Below are positions 50,167 to 61,942 of a stretch of 64,000 nucleotides of DNA, in pieces. Source of the stretch: Lachnospiraceae bacterium (GTDB lineage Bacteria; Bacillota; Clostridia; Lachnospirales; Lachnospiraceae); the NCBI GenBank assembly GCA_016286035.1, contig JAEERY010000020.1:244020-308019 (forward strand), in the 5' to 3' direction. The translations under genes and the position numbers were made by a program. Positions within the stretch are counted from its first letter, which is position 1; every line of letters begins with the position of its first letter. The notes under the pieces were generated by a model, which saw only the letters and a list, made by a program, of their open reading frames with translations, did not search any database and had not been told where the DNA came from.

Positions 50167-53100
50167 ATGGAAAAGAACAGAATACGTCCTTCTTTGCATA
50201 CGAAAAAGATGCGTATGAGTTACTCACGTCAGAAAGAAGTTTTGGAGATGCCAAACCTCATTGAAGTCCAGAAAGATTCTTATCGCTGGTTTCTTGAAGA
50301 AGGTTTGAAAGAAGTCTTCGACGATATTTCTCCTATCGCGGATTACAGCGGACATCTCAGTCTTGAGTTTGTGGATTTCGAACTGTGTGAGGATGATGTT
50401 AAGTATTCTATTGAGAAGTGCAAGGAAAGAGATGCAACATATGCTGCTCCTCTTAAGGTTAAAGTGCGCCTTTTCAATAAGGATAAGGATGAGATCAGTG
50501 AACATGAGATATTCATGGGTGATCTTCCGCTTATGACGAAGACCGGTACCTTTGTTATAAATGGTGCGGAGCGTGTAATCGTCAGCCAGTTAGTACGTTC
50601 ACCCGGCATATATTATGATATAGCTCATGATAAGCTTGGTAAGAAACTGTATTCATGTCAGGTTATCCCCAACAGAGGTGCATGGCTTGAGTATGAGACG
50701 GATTCTAACGATGTTTTCTATGTTCGTGTAGACAGAACCCGTAAGGTTCCGATCACCGTACTTATCAGAGCACTCGGCATCGGCTCTAATGATGAGATCA
50801 GAGAGCTGTTTGGCGACGAGCCTAAGATCGAAGCCAGCTTCGGAAAGGATGTTGCTACAAATTATCAGGAAGGTCTTCTTGAATTATATAAGAAGATCCG
50901 TCCCGGCGAACCTTTAAGCGTTGAAAGCGCTGAAAGCCTTATAACGGCAATGTTCTTTGATCCGAGAAGATATGATCTTGCCAAGGTCGGAAGATATAAG
51001 TTCAACAAGAAGCTGATGTTCAGAAACCGTATCAAAGATCAGATCCTTGCTGAAGACGTTATCGATATCAATACTGGTGAGGTTATAGCTGAAAAGGGAA
51101 CGAAAGTAACACGTGAACTTGCCGATACAATCCAGAATTCGGCAACACCTTACGTTTACATACAGACCGAAGAGAAGAATGTCAAAGTTCTTTCAAACCT
51201 TATGGTCGATATAACTAACTTCGTTGAATGCAAGCCCAAGGAGCTTGGCGTAACGGAATTGGTTTATTATCCTGTGCTTGAAAAACTCATTGAAGAGTTC
51301 GGTGATGATGCAAGATCCCTTGCTGAAGCTATTCAGAAGAATATCCATGAGCTTATTCCCAAGCACATAACTAAGGAAGATATAATTGCTTCAATTAACT
51401 ACAATATCCATCTTGAGTATGGAATCGGAAATAAAGATGATATTGATCACCTTGGAAACAGACGTATACGTGCGGTCGGAGAGCTTCTCCAGAACCAGTA
51501 TCGTATAGGTTTGAGCAGACTTGAAAGAGTTGTCAGAGAACGTATGACAACACACGATACCGAGGATGTATCAGCTCAGCAGCTTATCAATATTAAGCCC
51601 GTTCAGGCAGCTGTCAAGGAATTCTTCGGATCTTCACAGTTGTCACAGTTCATGGATCAGAACAACCCTCTTGGTGAGCTGACTCATAAGCGTCGTCTTT
51701 CAGCACTCGGTCCCGGTGGTCTTTCAAGAGATCGTGCCGGATTCGAGGTACGAGACGTACACTATTCTCATTACGGAAGAATGTGTCCTATCGAGACACC
51801 TGAAGGTCCCAACATCGGTCTTATCAACTCGCTTGCTTCCTATGCAAGGATCAATGAGTACGGATTTGTTGAGGCACCTTATCGTAAGATAGACAAGACT
51901 GATCCGGAGAATCCGCGTGTAACAGAAGAAGTTATCTACATGACAGCGGATGAGGAAGATAATTATCATGTAGCTCAGGCTAATGAGCAGCTTGATGCTG
52001 AAGGGCATTTCGTCAGAAATTCCGTATCAGGTCGTTATAAAGATGAGACACAGGAGTATCCCAAGACCATGTTTGATTACATGGATGTATCTCCTAAGAT
52101 GGTATTCTCTGTTGCTACGGCTCTTATCCCGTTCCTTGAGAACGATGATGCTAACCGTGCCCTCATGGGTTCAAACATGCAGCGTCAGGCGGTTCCGCTT
52201 CTTATGACGGAAGCACCCGTTGTAGGTACAGGTATTGAGAACAAGGCAGCAGTCGATTCTGGTGTCTGTGTGGTTGCTACAAAACCCGGAACAGTAACAT
52301 ACGTTGCATCCGATCTTATAAACGTTACGGCAGATGATGGCGAGAAGATGACATATAAGTTATCTAAGTTCTCAAGAAGTAACCAGTCTAACTGCTATAA
52401 CCAGAAGCCCATAGTTGTAAAGGGTGACCATGTTGAAGAAGGTCAGGTTATCGCTGACGGTCCTTCAACAAGCGAAGGTGAACTTGCTCTCGGTAAGAAC
52501 CCGCTTATCGGATTCATGACCTGGGAAGGTTACAACTACGAGGATGCTGTTCTTTTAAGCGAGAGACTTGTTCAGGATGATGTATATACATCAGTTCATA
52601 TAGAAGAATATGAAGCAGAAGCAAGAGATACAAAGCTCGGACCCGAAGAGATCACACGCGATGTTCCCGGTGTCGGAGAAGATGCTCTTAAGGATCTTGA
52701 TGACAGAGGAATCATTCGTATAGGTGCAGAGGTTCGTGCAGGAGATATCCTTGTAGGTAAGGTTACACCTAAGGGTGAGACAGAGCTTACTGCAGAAGAA
52801 AGACTTCTTCGTGCGATCTTCGGTGAGAAGGCTAGAGAAGTAAGAGATACATCTCTTAAAGTTCCTCACGGAGAATACGGTATCGTTGTTGATGCTAAAG
52901 TATTTACAAGAGAAAACGGCGATGAGCTTTCACCCGGTGTGAACCAAGCCGTTAGAATTTATATAGCTCAGAAGAGAAAGATATCCGTCGGTGATAAGAT
53001 GGCAGGTCGTCATGGTAACAAGGGTGTTGTTTCCCGTGTATTGCCTGTAGAGGATATGCCTTATCTTCCTAACGGACGTCCGCTCGATATCGTACTTAAT

Positions 53101-54093
53101 CCTTTGGGCGTTCCAAGCCGTATGAATATCGGTCAGGTCCTTGAGATCCACTTAAGCCTTGCTGCAAAGGCACTTGGATTCAACGTTGCAACACCTGTCT
53201 TTGACGGTGCGAACGAAAAAGATATCATGGATACTCTTGATCTTGCCAATGACTATGTAAATCTTCCTTTTGATGATGAAGAAGCAGCAAAATGGAAGGC
53301 TGATGATATAAAGGTAACGGCAGACGGAAAAGACTGGAACGGAGATACGTTCAAGGGCATACATGGAGAAGAGCTTCTCCCTGAAGTACTTGACTATCTT
53401 GCAGAGAATCTTGAGCATAGAAAACTCTGGAAGGGCGTACCGCTTTCAAGAGACGGTAAGGTAAGACTTCGTGACGGTAGAACAGGAGAGTATTTTGACA
53501 GCCCTGTTACAATAGGTCACATGCATTACCTGAAGCTCCACCATCTGGTAGATGATAAGATACATGCACGTTCAACCGGTCCTTACTCGCTTGTAACACA
53601 GCAGCCTCTCGGTGGTAAGGCACAGTTCGGTGGACAGCGTTTCGGTGAAATGGAAGTTTGGGCTCTTGAGGCATATGGTGCATCATACACACTTCAGGAG
53701 ATCCTTACAGTTAAATCCGATGATGTTATCGGACGTGTTAAGACATATGAAGCTATCATTAAGGGAGACAATATCCCTGAAGCAGGTATACCTGAATCAT
53801 TCAAGGTATTGCTGAAAGAGTTGCAGTCACTCGGACTTGATGTGAGAGTACTCCGTGAAGACAATACGGAAGTTCAGATCATGGAATCGGTTGACTACAC
53901 AGATACAGATTTCAGATTCATGAATGATGATCGCAACTTCAACCGTGGAGATGAGGATTTCTCGGCACATGGTTATCAGCAGCAGGAATTTGATGAAGAG
54001 AGCGGTGAACTCGTAAACAGCGAATTCGAAGATGAGTATGAAGGTGATTTTGATGCAGAACCGGACGAATTCGTAGAGAGCTTTGACGAGTAA
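50167..54093 (+). CDS. rpoB: DNA-directed RNA polymerase subunit beta
   Basis: Start MEKNRIRPS... after GGGGTGAA, ~25 aa before the conserved [25 protein letters not shown]-track Met 50098 overlaps the promoter. Acidic C-terminal tail. Confidence 0.95.
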   Translation: MEKNRIRPSLHTKKMRMSYSRQKEVLEMPNLIEVQKDSYRWFLEEGLKEVFDDISPIADYSGHLSLEFVDFELCEDDVKYSIEKCKERDATYAAPLKVKVRLFNKDKDEISEHEIFMGDLPLMTKTGTFVINGAERVIVSQLVRSPGIYYDIAHDKLGKKLYSCQVIPNRGAWLEYETDSNDVFYVRVDRTRKVPITVLIRALGIGSNDEIRELFGDEPKIEASFGKDVATNYQEGLLELYKKIRPGEPLSVESAESLITAMFFDPRRYDLAKVGRYKFNKKLMFRNRIKDQILAEDVIDINTGEVIAEKGTKVTRELADTIQNSATPYVYIQTEEKNVKVLSNLMVDITNFVECKPKELGVTELVYYPVLEKLIEEFGDDARSLAEAIQKNIHELIPKHITKEDIIASINYNIHLEYGIGNKDDIDHLGNRRIRAVGELLQNQYRIGLSRLERVVRERMTTHDTEDVSAQQLINIKPVQAAVKEFFGSSQLSQFMDQNNPLGELTHKRRLSALGPGGLSRDRAGFEVRDVHYSHYGRMCPIETPEGPNIGLINSLASYARINEYGFVEAPYRKIDKTDPENPRVTEEVIYMTADEEDNYHVAQANEQLDAEGHFVRNSVSGRYKDETQEYPKTMFDYMDVSPKMVFSVATALIPFLENDDANRALMGSNMQRQAVPLLMTEAPVVGTGIENKAAVDSGVCVVATKPGTVTYVASDLINVTADDGEKMTYKLSKFSRSNQSNCYNQKPIVVKGDHVEEGQVIADGPSTSEGELALGKNPLIGFMTWEGYNYEDAVLLSERLVQDDVYTSVHIEEYEAEARDTKLGPEEITRDVPGVGEDALKDLDDRGIIRIGAEVRAGDILVGKVTPKGETELTAEERLLRAIFGEKAREVRDTSLKVPHGEYGIVVDAKVFTRENGDELSPGVNQAVRIYIAQKRKISVGDKMAGRHGNKGVVSRVLPVEDMPYLPNGRPLDIVLNPLGVPSRMNIGQVLEIHLSLAAKALGFNVATPVFDGANEKDIMDTLDLANDYVNLPFDDEEAAKWKADDIKVTADGKDWNGDTFKGIHGEELLPEVLDYLAENLEHRKLWKGVPLSRDGKVRLRDGRTGEYFDSPVTIGHMHYLKLHHLVDDKIHARSTGPYSLVTQQPLGGKAQFGGQRFGEMEVWALEAYGASYTLQEILTVKSDDVIGRVKTYEAIIKGDNIPEAGIPESFKVLLKELQSLGLDVRVLREDNTEVQIMESVDYTDTDFRFMNDDRNFNRGDEDFSAHGYQQQEFDEESGELVNSEFEDEYEGDFDAEPDEFVESFDE

Positions 54094-54124
54094 TAACTGA
54101 TAAACTGATAAGGAGAGCAAAACA

Positions 54125-57100
54125 ATGCCAGATATGAAACAAGAAGGATACCAGCCGATGACATTTGATGCCATTAAGATTGGTCTCGCTTCACCTGAAA
54201 AGATCAGAGAGTGGTCAAAGGGCGAGGTAACCAAGCCCGAGACTATCAACTATAGAACTCTTAAGCCTGAGAAGGAAGGTTTGTTCTGTGAGAGAATATT
54301 TGGTCCCTCAAAGGATTGGGAGTGTCATTGTGGTAAGTATAAAAAGATACGTTACAAGGGTGTTATCTGTGATCGTTGTGGCGTAGAGGTTACAAAGGCA
54401 AATGTTCGTAGAGAACGTATGGGACACATAGAGCTTGCTGCTCCTGTCTCTCATATTTGGTATTTCAAGGGTATCCCCAGCAGAATGGGACTCATCCTTG
54501 ACCTTTCACCCAGAGTGCTTGAGAAGGTGCTGTACTTTGCAGCATACATAGTACTTGATCCGGCTGATACCAAGCTGGAATATAAGCAGATCCTTACCGA
54601 GAAAGAATATGGAGATGCAAGAGAAGAATATGGCAACAAGTTCCGTGTAGGAATGGGTGCTGAAGCTATCAAGGAATTGCTTGAAGCAATAGATCTTGAC
54701 GCTGAGGGCGATGAGCTTAAGGCTGCTCTTAAGGAGTCTACAGGTCAGAAGCGTGCAAAGATCATCAAGAGACTTGAAGTTGTTGAAGCATTCCGTGGTT
54801 CGGGAAACAAGCCTTCATGGATGATAATGGATGCCATACCGGTAATCCCTCCGGATCTTCGTCCCATGGTACAGCTTGACGGTGGCAGATTTGCAACAAG
54901 TGATCTTAACGATCTTTACAGACGTATAATAAACAGAAACAATCGTCTTAAGAGACTTTTGGAACTCGGTGCGCCTGATATCATTGTAAGAAATGAGAAG
55001 CGTATGCTTCAGGAAGCTGTTGACGCACTTATCGATAACGGCAGAAGAGGCAGACCTGTAACAGGACCCGGTAACAGAGCACTTAAGTCTCTGTCAGATA
55101 TGTTAAAAGGTAAGGGCGGTCGTTTCCGTCAGAACCTGTTGGGTAAGCGAGTAGACTATTCAGGACGTTCGGTTATCGTCGTTGGTCCCGAACTTAAGAT
55201 ATATCAGTGCGGTCTTCCCAAGGAAATGGCTATCGAGCTCTTCAAGCCCTTCGTTATGAAGGAACTTGTTGGCAGAGGTATATCACAGAATATCAAGAAT
55301 GCAAAGAAGCTTGTTGAGAGACTTGATACAAGCGTATGGGATGTGCTTGAGGAAGTTATTGCAGAGCATCCTGTTATGCTTAACCGTGCTCCTACATTGC
55401 ACAGACTTGGTATTCAGGCATTCGAGCCCATTCTTGTAGAAGGTAAGGCTATCAAGCTTCATCCTCTCGTATGTACAGCTTTTAATGCCGACTTCGATGG
55501 TGACCAGATGGCAGTACATCTTCCGCTTTCAGTTGAGGCGCAGGCAGAGTGCAGATTCCTTCTGTTATCTCCCAATAACCTCCTTAAGCCTTCGGATGGT
55601 GGTCCTGTTGCCGTTCCTTCACAGGATATGGTCCTTGGTATCTACTATCTTACACAGGAGAGAGGTACCAGCGTAGGAGATGCTACTCCTGTAGCAGGTG
55701 AAGGAAGATTTTATAAGAACCTTAACGAAGCTATCCTCGCATATGAGAACAAGGCATGTACTCTTCATTCACGTATCAAGGTAAGAGTTACCAAGACAAT
55801 AGATGGAGAAGAGGTTACAGATATAGTTGAGTCTACACTCGGAAGATTCATTTTCAATGAGATCCTTCCTCAGGATCTTGGATTTGTAGACAGAACAAAG
55901 CCTGAGAACAAGCTTAAGCTTGAAGTAGATTTCCATGTAGGTAAGAAGGGCCTTAAGCAGATACTTGAAAAAGTAATCAATACACACGGCGCTTCTGTTA
56001 CCGCAGAAGTTCTTGATAACATAAAGGCTACCGGTTATAAGTATTCTACCAGAGCAGCCATGACGGTTTCTATTTCAGATATGACGGTTCCGGAGCAGAA
56101 GCAGGCTATGCTTGATGCAGCTCAGGAGACTGTTGATAAGATCGCTAAGAACTACAGACGTGGTCTTATAACTGAAGAAGAGAGATATCGTGCAGTAGTT
56201 GAGACTTGGAACGAGACTGATGCTCAGCTTACAAAAGTTCTGCTTGACGGTCTTGATAAGTATAACAATATCTTCATGATGGCTGATTCCGGAGCCCGTG
56301 GTTCCAACCAGCAGATCAAGCAGCTTGCAGGTATGCGTGGACTTATGGCTGATACAACAGGTAGGACCATCGAGTTGCCTATCAAGTCAAACTTCCGTGA
56401 AGGTCTTGACGTTCTTGAGTATTTCATGTCAGCGCATGGTGCTCGTAAAGGTCTTTCAGATACAGCTCTTCGTACAGCCGACTCCGGTTACCTTACTAGA
56501 CGTATGGTAGACGTATCACAGGAACTTATCATCCGTGAGAAAGACTGCTGTGAAGGCAAGGAAGAGATATATGGTATGACTGTTAAGGCATTCATGGACG
56601 GTAAGGAGACCATCGAAAGCCTTAAGGACAGAATAACAGGCAGATATGCATGTGATACCATCGAAGATACAGAAGGTAATGTTATCGTTAAGCGTAATCA
56701 TATGATAACACCTTCAAGAGCAGCAAAGATCCTTTCTACTGGTGTTGAAGTTAAGAAGAATGGTGAGAAAGTACCTTATACAGTAGACGGTGAACTTAGA
56801 AAAGATGCAGCTGTAAAGATACGTACAATACTTACATGTCATTCAAAAGACGGTATCTGTGCTAAATGTTACGGTGCAAACATGGCGACCGGTGAAGCAG
56901 TTCAGGTAGGTGAGGCAGTAGGTATCATAGCTGCTCAGTCAATCGGTGAACCCGGTACACAGCTTACCATGAGAACATTCCATACCGGTGGTGTTGCCGG
57001 TGATGATATCACTCAGGGTCTTCCCAGAGTAGAAGAGTTGTTTGAAGCTCGTAAGCCCAAGGGACTTGCTATCATCGCTGAGTTCGGCGGAACAGCAACC

Positions 57101-57874
57101 ATCAAGGATACAAAGAAGAAGCGTGAGATCATCATCACAAATGATGAGACAGGTGAGTCTAAGACATACCTTATCCCTTACGGATCACGTATAAAGGTTC
57201 TTGACGGAACAGTACTTGAAGCAGGTGATGAGCTTACAGAAGGTTCTGTTAACCCTCATGATCTTCTTAAGATCAAGGGAATAAGAGCAGCTCAGGATTA
57301 TATGCTTCGTGAAGTACAGCGTGTATACAGACTTCAGGGTGTTGATATAGCAGATAAGCATATCGAAGTTATCGTTAGACAGATGCTTAAGAAAGTAAGA
57401 GTAGAGGAGAACGGTGATGCAGAATTCCTTCCCGGAACACTTGTTGATGTTCTTGAGTTCGAGGAGATCAATGAGAGATTAAGAGCTGAAGGCAAGGAAG
57501 AAGCTACCGGTACACAGATCATGCTTGGTATCACCAAAGCGGCTCTGGCTACCAACTCATTCCTTTCAGCAGCATCATTCCAGGAGACTACTAAGGTTCT
57601 TACCGAAGCTGCTATCAAGGGTAAGGTAGATCCACTTATCGGTCTTAAGGAAAATGTAATCATCGGTAAACTGATACCTGCAGGTACAGGTATGAAACGT
57701 TACAGAGATGTTAAGCTATCAACTGATGACAGACTTGCAGCAGCAATCGAGGCTAAGAAAGCTCTTGAAGCTGCAATAAAGGAAGAATCTTATGACATTG
57801 ATGAAGATGTTGAGGATGTTGTAGAAGAAGTCGAAGAGGTTGAAGTAGAAGTTTCTGAAACCGAAGAAGTTTAA
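54125..57874 (+). CDS. rpoC: DNA-directed RNA polymerase subunit beta'
   Basis: [19 protein letters not shown], Zn-finger CxxC...CxxC, NADFDGD catalytic motif. Acidic C-terminal tail. Confidence 0.95.
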   Translation: MPDMKQEGYQPMTFDAIKIGLASPEKIREWSKGEVTKPETINYRTLKPEKEGLFCERIFGPSKDWECHCGKYKKIRYKGVICDRCGVEVTKANVRRERMGHIELAAPVSHIWYFKGIPSRMGLILDLSPRVLEKVLYFAAYIVLDPADTKLEYKQILTEKEYGDAREEYGNKFRVGMGAEAIKELLEAIDLDAEGDELKAALKESTGQKRAKIIKRLEVVEAFRGSGNKPSWMIMDAIPVIPPDLRPMVQLDGGRFATSDLNDLYRRIINRNNRLKRLLELGAPDIIVRNEKRMLQEAVDALIDNGRRGRPVTGPGNRALKSLSDMLKGKGGRFRQNLLGKRVDYSGRSVIVVGPELKIYQCGLPKEMAIELFKPFVMKELVGRGISQNIKNAKKLVERLDTSVWDVLEEVIAEHPVMLNRAPTLHRLGIQAFEPILVEGKAIKLHPLVCTAFNADFDGDQMAVHLPLSVEAQAECRFLLLSPNNLLKPSDGGPVAVPSQDMVLGIYYLTQERGTSVGDATPVAGEGRFYKNLNEAILAYENKACTLHSRIKVRVTKTIDGEEVTDIVESTLGRFIFNEILPQDLGFVDRTKPENKLKLEVDFHVGKKGLKQILEKVINTHGASVTAEVLDNIKATGYKYSTRAAMTVSISDMTVPEQKQAMLDAAQETVDKIAKNYRRGLITEEERYRAVVETWNETDAQLTKVLLDGLDKYNNIFMMADSGARGSNQQIKQLAGMRGLMADTTGRTIELPIKSNFREGLDVLEYFMSAHGARKGLSDTALRTADSGYLTRRMVDVSQELIIREKDCCEGKEEIYGMTVKAFMDGKETIESLKDRITGRYACDTIEDTEGNVIVKRNHMITPSRAAKILSTGVEVKKNGEKVPYTVDGELRKDAAVKIRTILTCHSKDGICAKCYGANMATGEAVQVGEAVGIIAAQSIGEPGTQLTMRTFHTGGVAGDDITQGLPRVEELFEARKPKGLAIIAEFGGTATIKDTKKKREIIITNDETGESKTYLIPYGSRIKVLDGTVLEAGDELTEGSVNPHDLLKIKGIRAAQDYMLREVQRVYRLQGVDIADKHIEVIVRQMLKKVRVEENGDAEFLPGTLVDVLEFEEINERLRAEGKEEATGTQIMLGITKAALATNSFLSAASFQETTKVLTEAAIKGKVDPLIGLKENVIIGKLIPAGTGMKRYRDVKLSTDDRLAAAIEAKKALEAAIKEESYDIDEDVEDVVEEVEEVEVEVSETEEV

Positions 57875-57888
57875 TAAGACATGATTTA

Positions 57889-57915
57889 AGGGAGTCCGAT
57901 TGGACTCCCTTTTAG
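57889..57915. terminator. terminator between convergent rpoC and pilus operon
   Basis: AGGGAGTCC-gatt-GGACTCCCT then TTTT. Confidence 0.65.
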
Positions 57916-57940
57916 TATGTACAAAGATCACGAGTAATTG

Positions 57941-58381
57941 TTATTTGACCACATCTACACTAAAATCGATCTCCGGCTGGGAAATATATACCAGTTTCCA
58001 TGAGCTGATCTTGAAAAAGTTATCTGAATCCGATACAGGATATGTGGGTTCTACTATAACTTCAAGGCCCTGATAATCAGTAACGGGTATGAGGATCTCG
58101 GAATCGACAGACAGACATTTTTCTATATAGGATGCTTCATCGTGTGAAGAAGCATATATATCCATGAATTCCTTATCTATTTTTGACAGTCTTTCATGTG
58201 CTTCGTTGCATGCCTCATAATATGCTACATTTTTTTCAACGGACTTGTCAGTCAGTTTTTTGTCTGCCAGCGCAGAAGATAATGAAAGGACAGCAAAACT
58301 GACGAGACTTAATACAACGAATATGAGAAGCAGTGAAGAGGTCCCAAGATTCAGATTTACTCGATTAGTCTTTGCTGACAT
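57941..58381 (-). CDS. pilus-associated small membrane protein (minor pseudopilin-like; start uncertain 58381/58423)
   Basis: N-terminal hydrophobic helix LGTSSLLLIFVVLSLVSFAVL after a short basic region. Last gene of a pilin-like operon. Confidence 0.3.
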   Translation of the reverse strand: MSAKTNRVNLNLGTSSLLLIFVVLSLVSFAVLSLSSALADKKLTDKSVEKNVAYYEACNEAHERLSKIDKEFMDIYASSHDEASYIEKCLSVDSEILIPVTDYQGLEVIVEPTYPVSDSDNFFKISSWKLVYISQPEIDFSVDVVK

Positions 58382-58769
58382 CGGCTTTAGACCTCCTTTC
58401 ATAGCGCTTGATCTCCATCTCAAGATATGTTTTTTCTTTTTTTGTGTCTGAAATGGAAACGGATGATCTTATAAAGTCATCGTCTTTTGAGACATTTGAA
58501 CTTATACAATATGAAGCAAAAGAAGGATCACACTGCTTTAGAGTGTCATCATAATATGTGACCTCAGTACGTATATCGTCAGGATCACAGCTGTAGAACC
58601 ACTCCGAATAGTTGGAAAGTAAAACAGAGGCGTGACCAAGATGCCTGCTGTTTGTATTTGTGTTATGCGCACCAACAAAAAGAGAGAGGCATACAGCCCC
58701 TGCTATGGCAAAAAACAATAATGCGATTAGTAGTTCCATAAGGAACAGACCTGCTTTGGATTTATGCAT
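58365..58769 (-). CDS. type IV prepilin-like protein (pseudopilin)
   Basis: Class III signal MHKSKAG|LFLMELLIALLFFAIAG with a G/FxxxE cleavage-methylation motif. Confidence 0.7.
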   Translation of the reverse strand: MHKSKAGLFLMELLIALLFFAIAGAVCLSLFVGAHNTNTNSRHLGHASVLLSNYSEWFYSCDPDDIRTEVTYYDDTLKQCDPSFASYCISSNVSKDDDFIRSSVSISDTKKEKTYLEMEIKRYERRSKADVSKD

Positions 58770-58781
58770 TTTGCTCCCCTG

Positions 58782-59264
58782 TCAGTCACACTTGGATGAT
58801 ATATTAACAACCATGGTGGATCCGTATATATCTGTGATGCTGTATCTATACATTCCGTTTTCGGCATCGGTAACACTGAATGAAATGATAGGCAGAAGCT
58901 TTTTCCCGGCTTTGGGACTCAATTTGCTTTCTGCTTTTGCATAGAGTTCCTTAAGATATCCGTTATCCATATATATATAGGTATAGTAATCGATGTCATT
59001 ATATGTGCTTGATATACGCAAGGCATTATCATCGCCAAATTCAATGATATCCATAGCACCCGAGTTGTCGCTTTGTCTTACTTTCTCAGTGATATATGAA
59101 GCTGAAGTTGATATGTTGAAGTGCTCTTCATAATTATCTACGGTTTTTCTGTAGATATTTGCTCCAAATGCGATCAGAAGCATGGAGCAGATCGCGAAGA
59201 CAGCAAAAAGTGTAAGGACGAACAGCGTGTCGACTATGTGTTTGTTCTCTATCTGTCGCATCAT
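58782..59264 (-). CDS. membrane-anchored pilus assembly/minor pilin-like protein
   Basis: 160 aa with a single N-terminal TM and no canonical prepilin motif. Confidence 0.3.
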   Translation of the reverse strand: MMRQIENKHIVDTLFVLTLFAVFAICSMLLIAFGANIYRKTVDNYEEHFNISTSASYITEKVRQSDNSGAMDIIEFGDDNALRISSTYNDIDYYTYIYMDNGYLKELYAKAESKLSPKAGKKLLPIISFSVTDAENGMYRYSITDIYGSTMVVNISSKCD

Positions 59265-59593
59265 TTAACGTTGCCCTTCCTTATGATCGTATAGTTTGGA
59301 TATATGTTATTACCTATGGGTTGATAATCGATTATATAGACAGATGTATCATATGAAAGCCCGTAATGAGTCTCTATGTATTCAAGAGATGGAGGATAGA
59401 AACCTTCGAGCGCATAGCAATGCATGACATCTCTTTCCATTGCATTTCTTAATGCCTGCTCCTGTCTGTCACCGTTTCCGGTGTCCATAAAACGTACACC
59501 CAGCATAAAGACTGTAATACATGCAATAAATAAAAGGATACCTGCGTAAATCGTATTGAATTTGAATCTTTTCTTTTTGGTGAAACGATTCAT
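59261..59593 (-). CDS. small membrane-anchored protein in pilus operon
   Basis: 110 aa. Basic N-terminus plus one TM. Overlaps its neighbour by 4 nt. Confidence 0.3.
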   Translation of the reverse strand: MNRFTKKKRFKFNTIYAGILLFIACITVFMLGVRFMDTGNGDRQEQALRNAMERDVMHCYALEGFYPPSLEYIETHYGLSYDTSVYIIDYQPIGNNIYPNYTIIRKGNVK

Positions 59594-59609
59594 ATAACTA
59601 TCCTTTCGA

Positions 59610-60662
59610 TCATCCCAGACCTGACATTATACCCATAAGCGGGAGTATTACAGAAAGAAGGATCATTCCGACTATCAGAGAAAGAGATATTACCAATGTG
59701 GGTTCTATGATGCTGATGAAATTATTCAGTCTTCTGTCAGTATCTTCCTCATAATATGTAGCTATCTTATCAAGAACGACATCAACATTTCCGGATTTAA
59801 CGCCGACAAATATCATTCGTGAATACAAATGATTAAATATGCCAGCTTTGTTAAGTGCTTCGGAGAAGTTGCTTCCGTCTACTATATGCTGTTTAAGATC
59901 TTCTATCTGCTGTCTTACTTCCTTGTGTTCTACAAGTTCATCTGTAAGATCCAGAGCTGTGTAGATCTTCATTCCGCTTGCAAGTGTTAAAGACATGCCT
60001 CGTGCAAATCTTCCGTATGCTATATCTCTTTGGAATGCTCTCGTTGGAGGGAAAGCAGTCAAAAACTTGTTACGCAGTTTTCTTCCGTCATCGGTCTTTG
60101 AAATGACGAAGAACAGCACCATCAGTGCTACTACCACAATCACAAATGCAAAAGAGTATGTCTGTATATCCTGTCCGATCGATAACAGTGAAGCTGCAAA
60201 TCCGCTCATCTGTGTACCAAGCTGAGAAAAAACTTGATTGAAGAGCGGAAGTACCTTGGTGACAAGAATGATTATTATCAGTAACATCATAACTATCATG
60301 ACAACGGGATAAGTAACTGCGCTTCTTATGTTGTCTGATATATATTCTTCATGTTCATAATAATGACAAAGAGCAACAAGGACATCATCGAGCTGTCCTG
60401 TCTCTTCACCAAGTGCGATCATGTTTATAACATATGTCGGGAAATAGCCGCTGCTTTTAATACAAGTGGAGAAGTTTTCTCCTAAACGGCTGTACTTCAA
60501 CAATTCTTCCAGCACTTCCTTTGTAGCGGCGTCTTTTGTGTCTGAGAGCATAAGTTCAAGACCGTCTTTAGGTGTTATTCCGGCCTTGATTATCATGGCC
60601 ATCTGGTCACAGAATGCAGCTATTTCCTGTTTTGAAAGTAGTTTTTGTTTTGTGTTTTTCAT
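59610..60662 (-). CDS. type II secretion system F family platform protein (ComGB/PilC-like)
   Basis: 350 aa with two GspF-type repeats (LSKQEIAAFCDQMAMIIKAGITPKDGLELM...) and 3 TM. Confidence 0.8.
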   Translation of the reverse strand: MKNTKQKLLSKQEIAAFCDQMAMIIKAGITPKDGLELMLSDTKDAATKEVLEELLKYSRLGENFSTCIKSSGYFPTYVINMIALGEETGQLDDVLVALCHYYEHEEYISDNIRSAVTYPVVMIVMMLLIIIILVTKVLPLFNQVFSQLGTQMSGFAASLLSIGQDIQTYSFAFVIVVVALMVLFFVISKTDDGRKLRNKFLTAFPPTRAFQRDIAYGRFARGMSLTLASGMKIYTALDLTDELVEHKEVRQQIEDLKQHIVDGSNFSEALNKAGIFNHLYSRMIFVGVKSGNVDVVLDKIATYYEEDTDRRLNNFISIIEPTLVISLSLIVGMILLSVILPLMGIMSGLG

Positions 60663-60683
60663 TTTCTAAAAAGAACCATTCCC

Positions 60684-61661
60684 TCAATACATATATTTTG
60701 TAACGTAATTATCGCCTTCACCTATGAAGGACTTAAGACTGTTCTCTGACATATTTGCTGCAAATGTAGGATCCATCAGTTCCCAGTTGATACCGTCAAA
60801 TTTGATCATACCGTTAACCCATCCCACATCTTTTATATATGTAGATATCCATGCGTGATATGCATCTCCTGCATATCCGATCTCAAGTCTTGTTGGTATG
60901 CCTTGGCTTCTTAGCATTGCAGCCATTAAAGAAGCATAATCAAAGCATATGCCTTTACCGGATGAGAGGACCTTGTCCACATCGGGTACATAGGTAGACT
61001 CTACATTTTCGGCTTTTTCGTGATCATATGTGATATTGCTTATCACATAATTATATACCAAAGATATTGCTTCGGCATCATTATTTGCAGGACTGACCAG
61101 TTCGCTGGCTAGTTCTACTGTTTTGCTGTTTTCATCAAAATTAACATACTGGTTGGGATAAAGATAAGGGGCATATTCGTCGATATTATCTATAGAGAAA
61201 TCTTCACAAAATAACACGGAATAGTCGTTTCCACTGATAAGTTCATATATACCGACATTATAAGTACCGGGACCTCCTGTGAGGGGAAATGTGTCAGACA
61301 CGTTCTTGGTAAGGTCGTAGGTATATGCTGTATCATCCGGAGTTGTGAGCATGATACGTGTTCGAGAGGCATCACCTGTATATTTCACACAGATGTAACC
61401 ATCGGATGTATTGGAAATATCTATAGTTACGGTATCTGTTCCGATTGTCTGCGTTCCGCTTGCTTTTGGAACAAGACATGAGATGGTATTATCACGACTG
61501 CCCTTGGATGAAGGCTCGGATGATGTAGCCGGCTCTTCTGAAGCGGCTGTGACTGACTTATCAAGTACAGGCATGCTTTCAGAACTCCCGTCTGAACCGC
61601 ATGCGACAAGGAGTGCGGACATACTCGCTATAATAATTGAAGAAAACACTTTGCTAGCCAT
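60684..61661 (-). CDS. transglutaminase-like lipoprotein
   Basis: Lipobox LLVAC|GS. Transglutaminase core GKGICFDYASLMAAMLRSQGIPTRLEIGYAGDAYHAWISTY with Cys and His positions conserved. Confidence 0.7.
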   Translation of the reverse strand: MASKVFSSIIIASMSALLVACGSDGSSESMPVLDKSVTAASEEPATSSEPSSKGSRDNTISCLVPKASGTQTIGTDTVTIDISNTSDGYICVKYTGDASRTRIMLTTPDDTAYTYDLTKNVSDTFPLTGGPGTYNVGIYELISGNDYSVLFCEDFSIDNIDEYAPYLYPNQYVNFDENSKTVELASELVSPANNDAEAISLVYNYVISNITYDHEKAENVESTYVPDVDKVLSSGKGICFDYASLMAAMLRSQGIPTRLEIGYAGDAYHAWISTYIKDVGWVNGMIKFDGINWELMDPTFAANMSENSLKSFIGEGDNYVTKYMY

Positions 61662-61942
61662 ATGACCTTCCTCGTAATAGCTGAATATATAAGCTTAATA
61701 AGCTATGTATTATATTATAAATGCATATGTTATAAAATGGAAGAATGGCATGTGACGTTTGGTACTAAAGTACCATAATATACATATAAAATTTGTGCAT
61801 TATGACATTGCTACAAATCTTAAGAAATGTTAAGGTTTAATCAAGATCTATTACACTTCAAATGTTAAGATTTCTTAAGAATAATAGAATATATAAAAAA
61901 GAACATAATTGGAATGAAATTTGGAATAAACGAGGTACCAAT

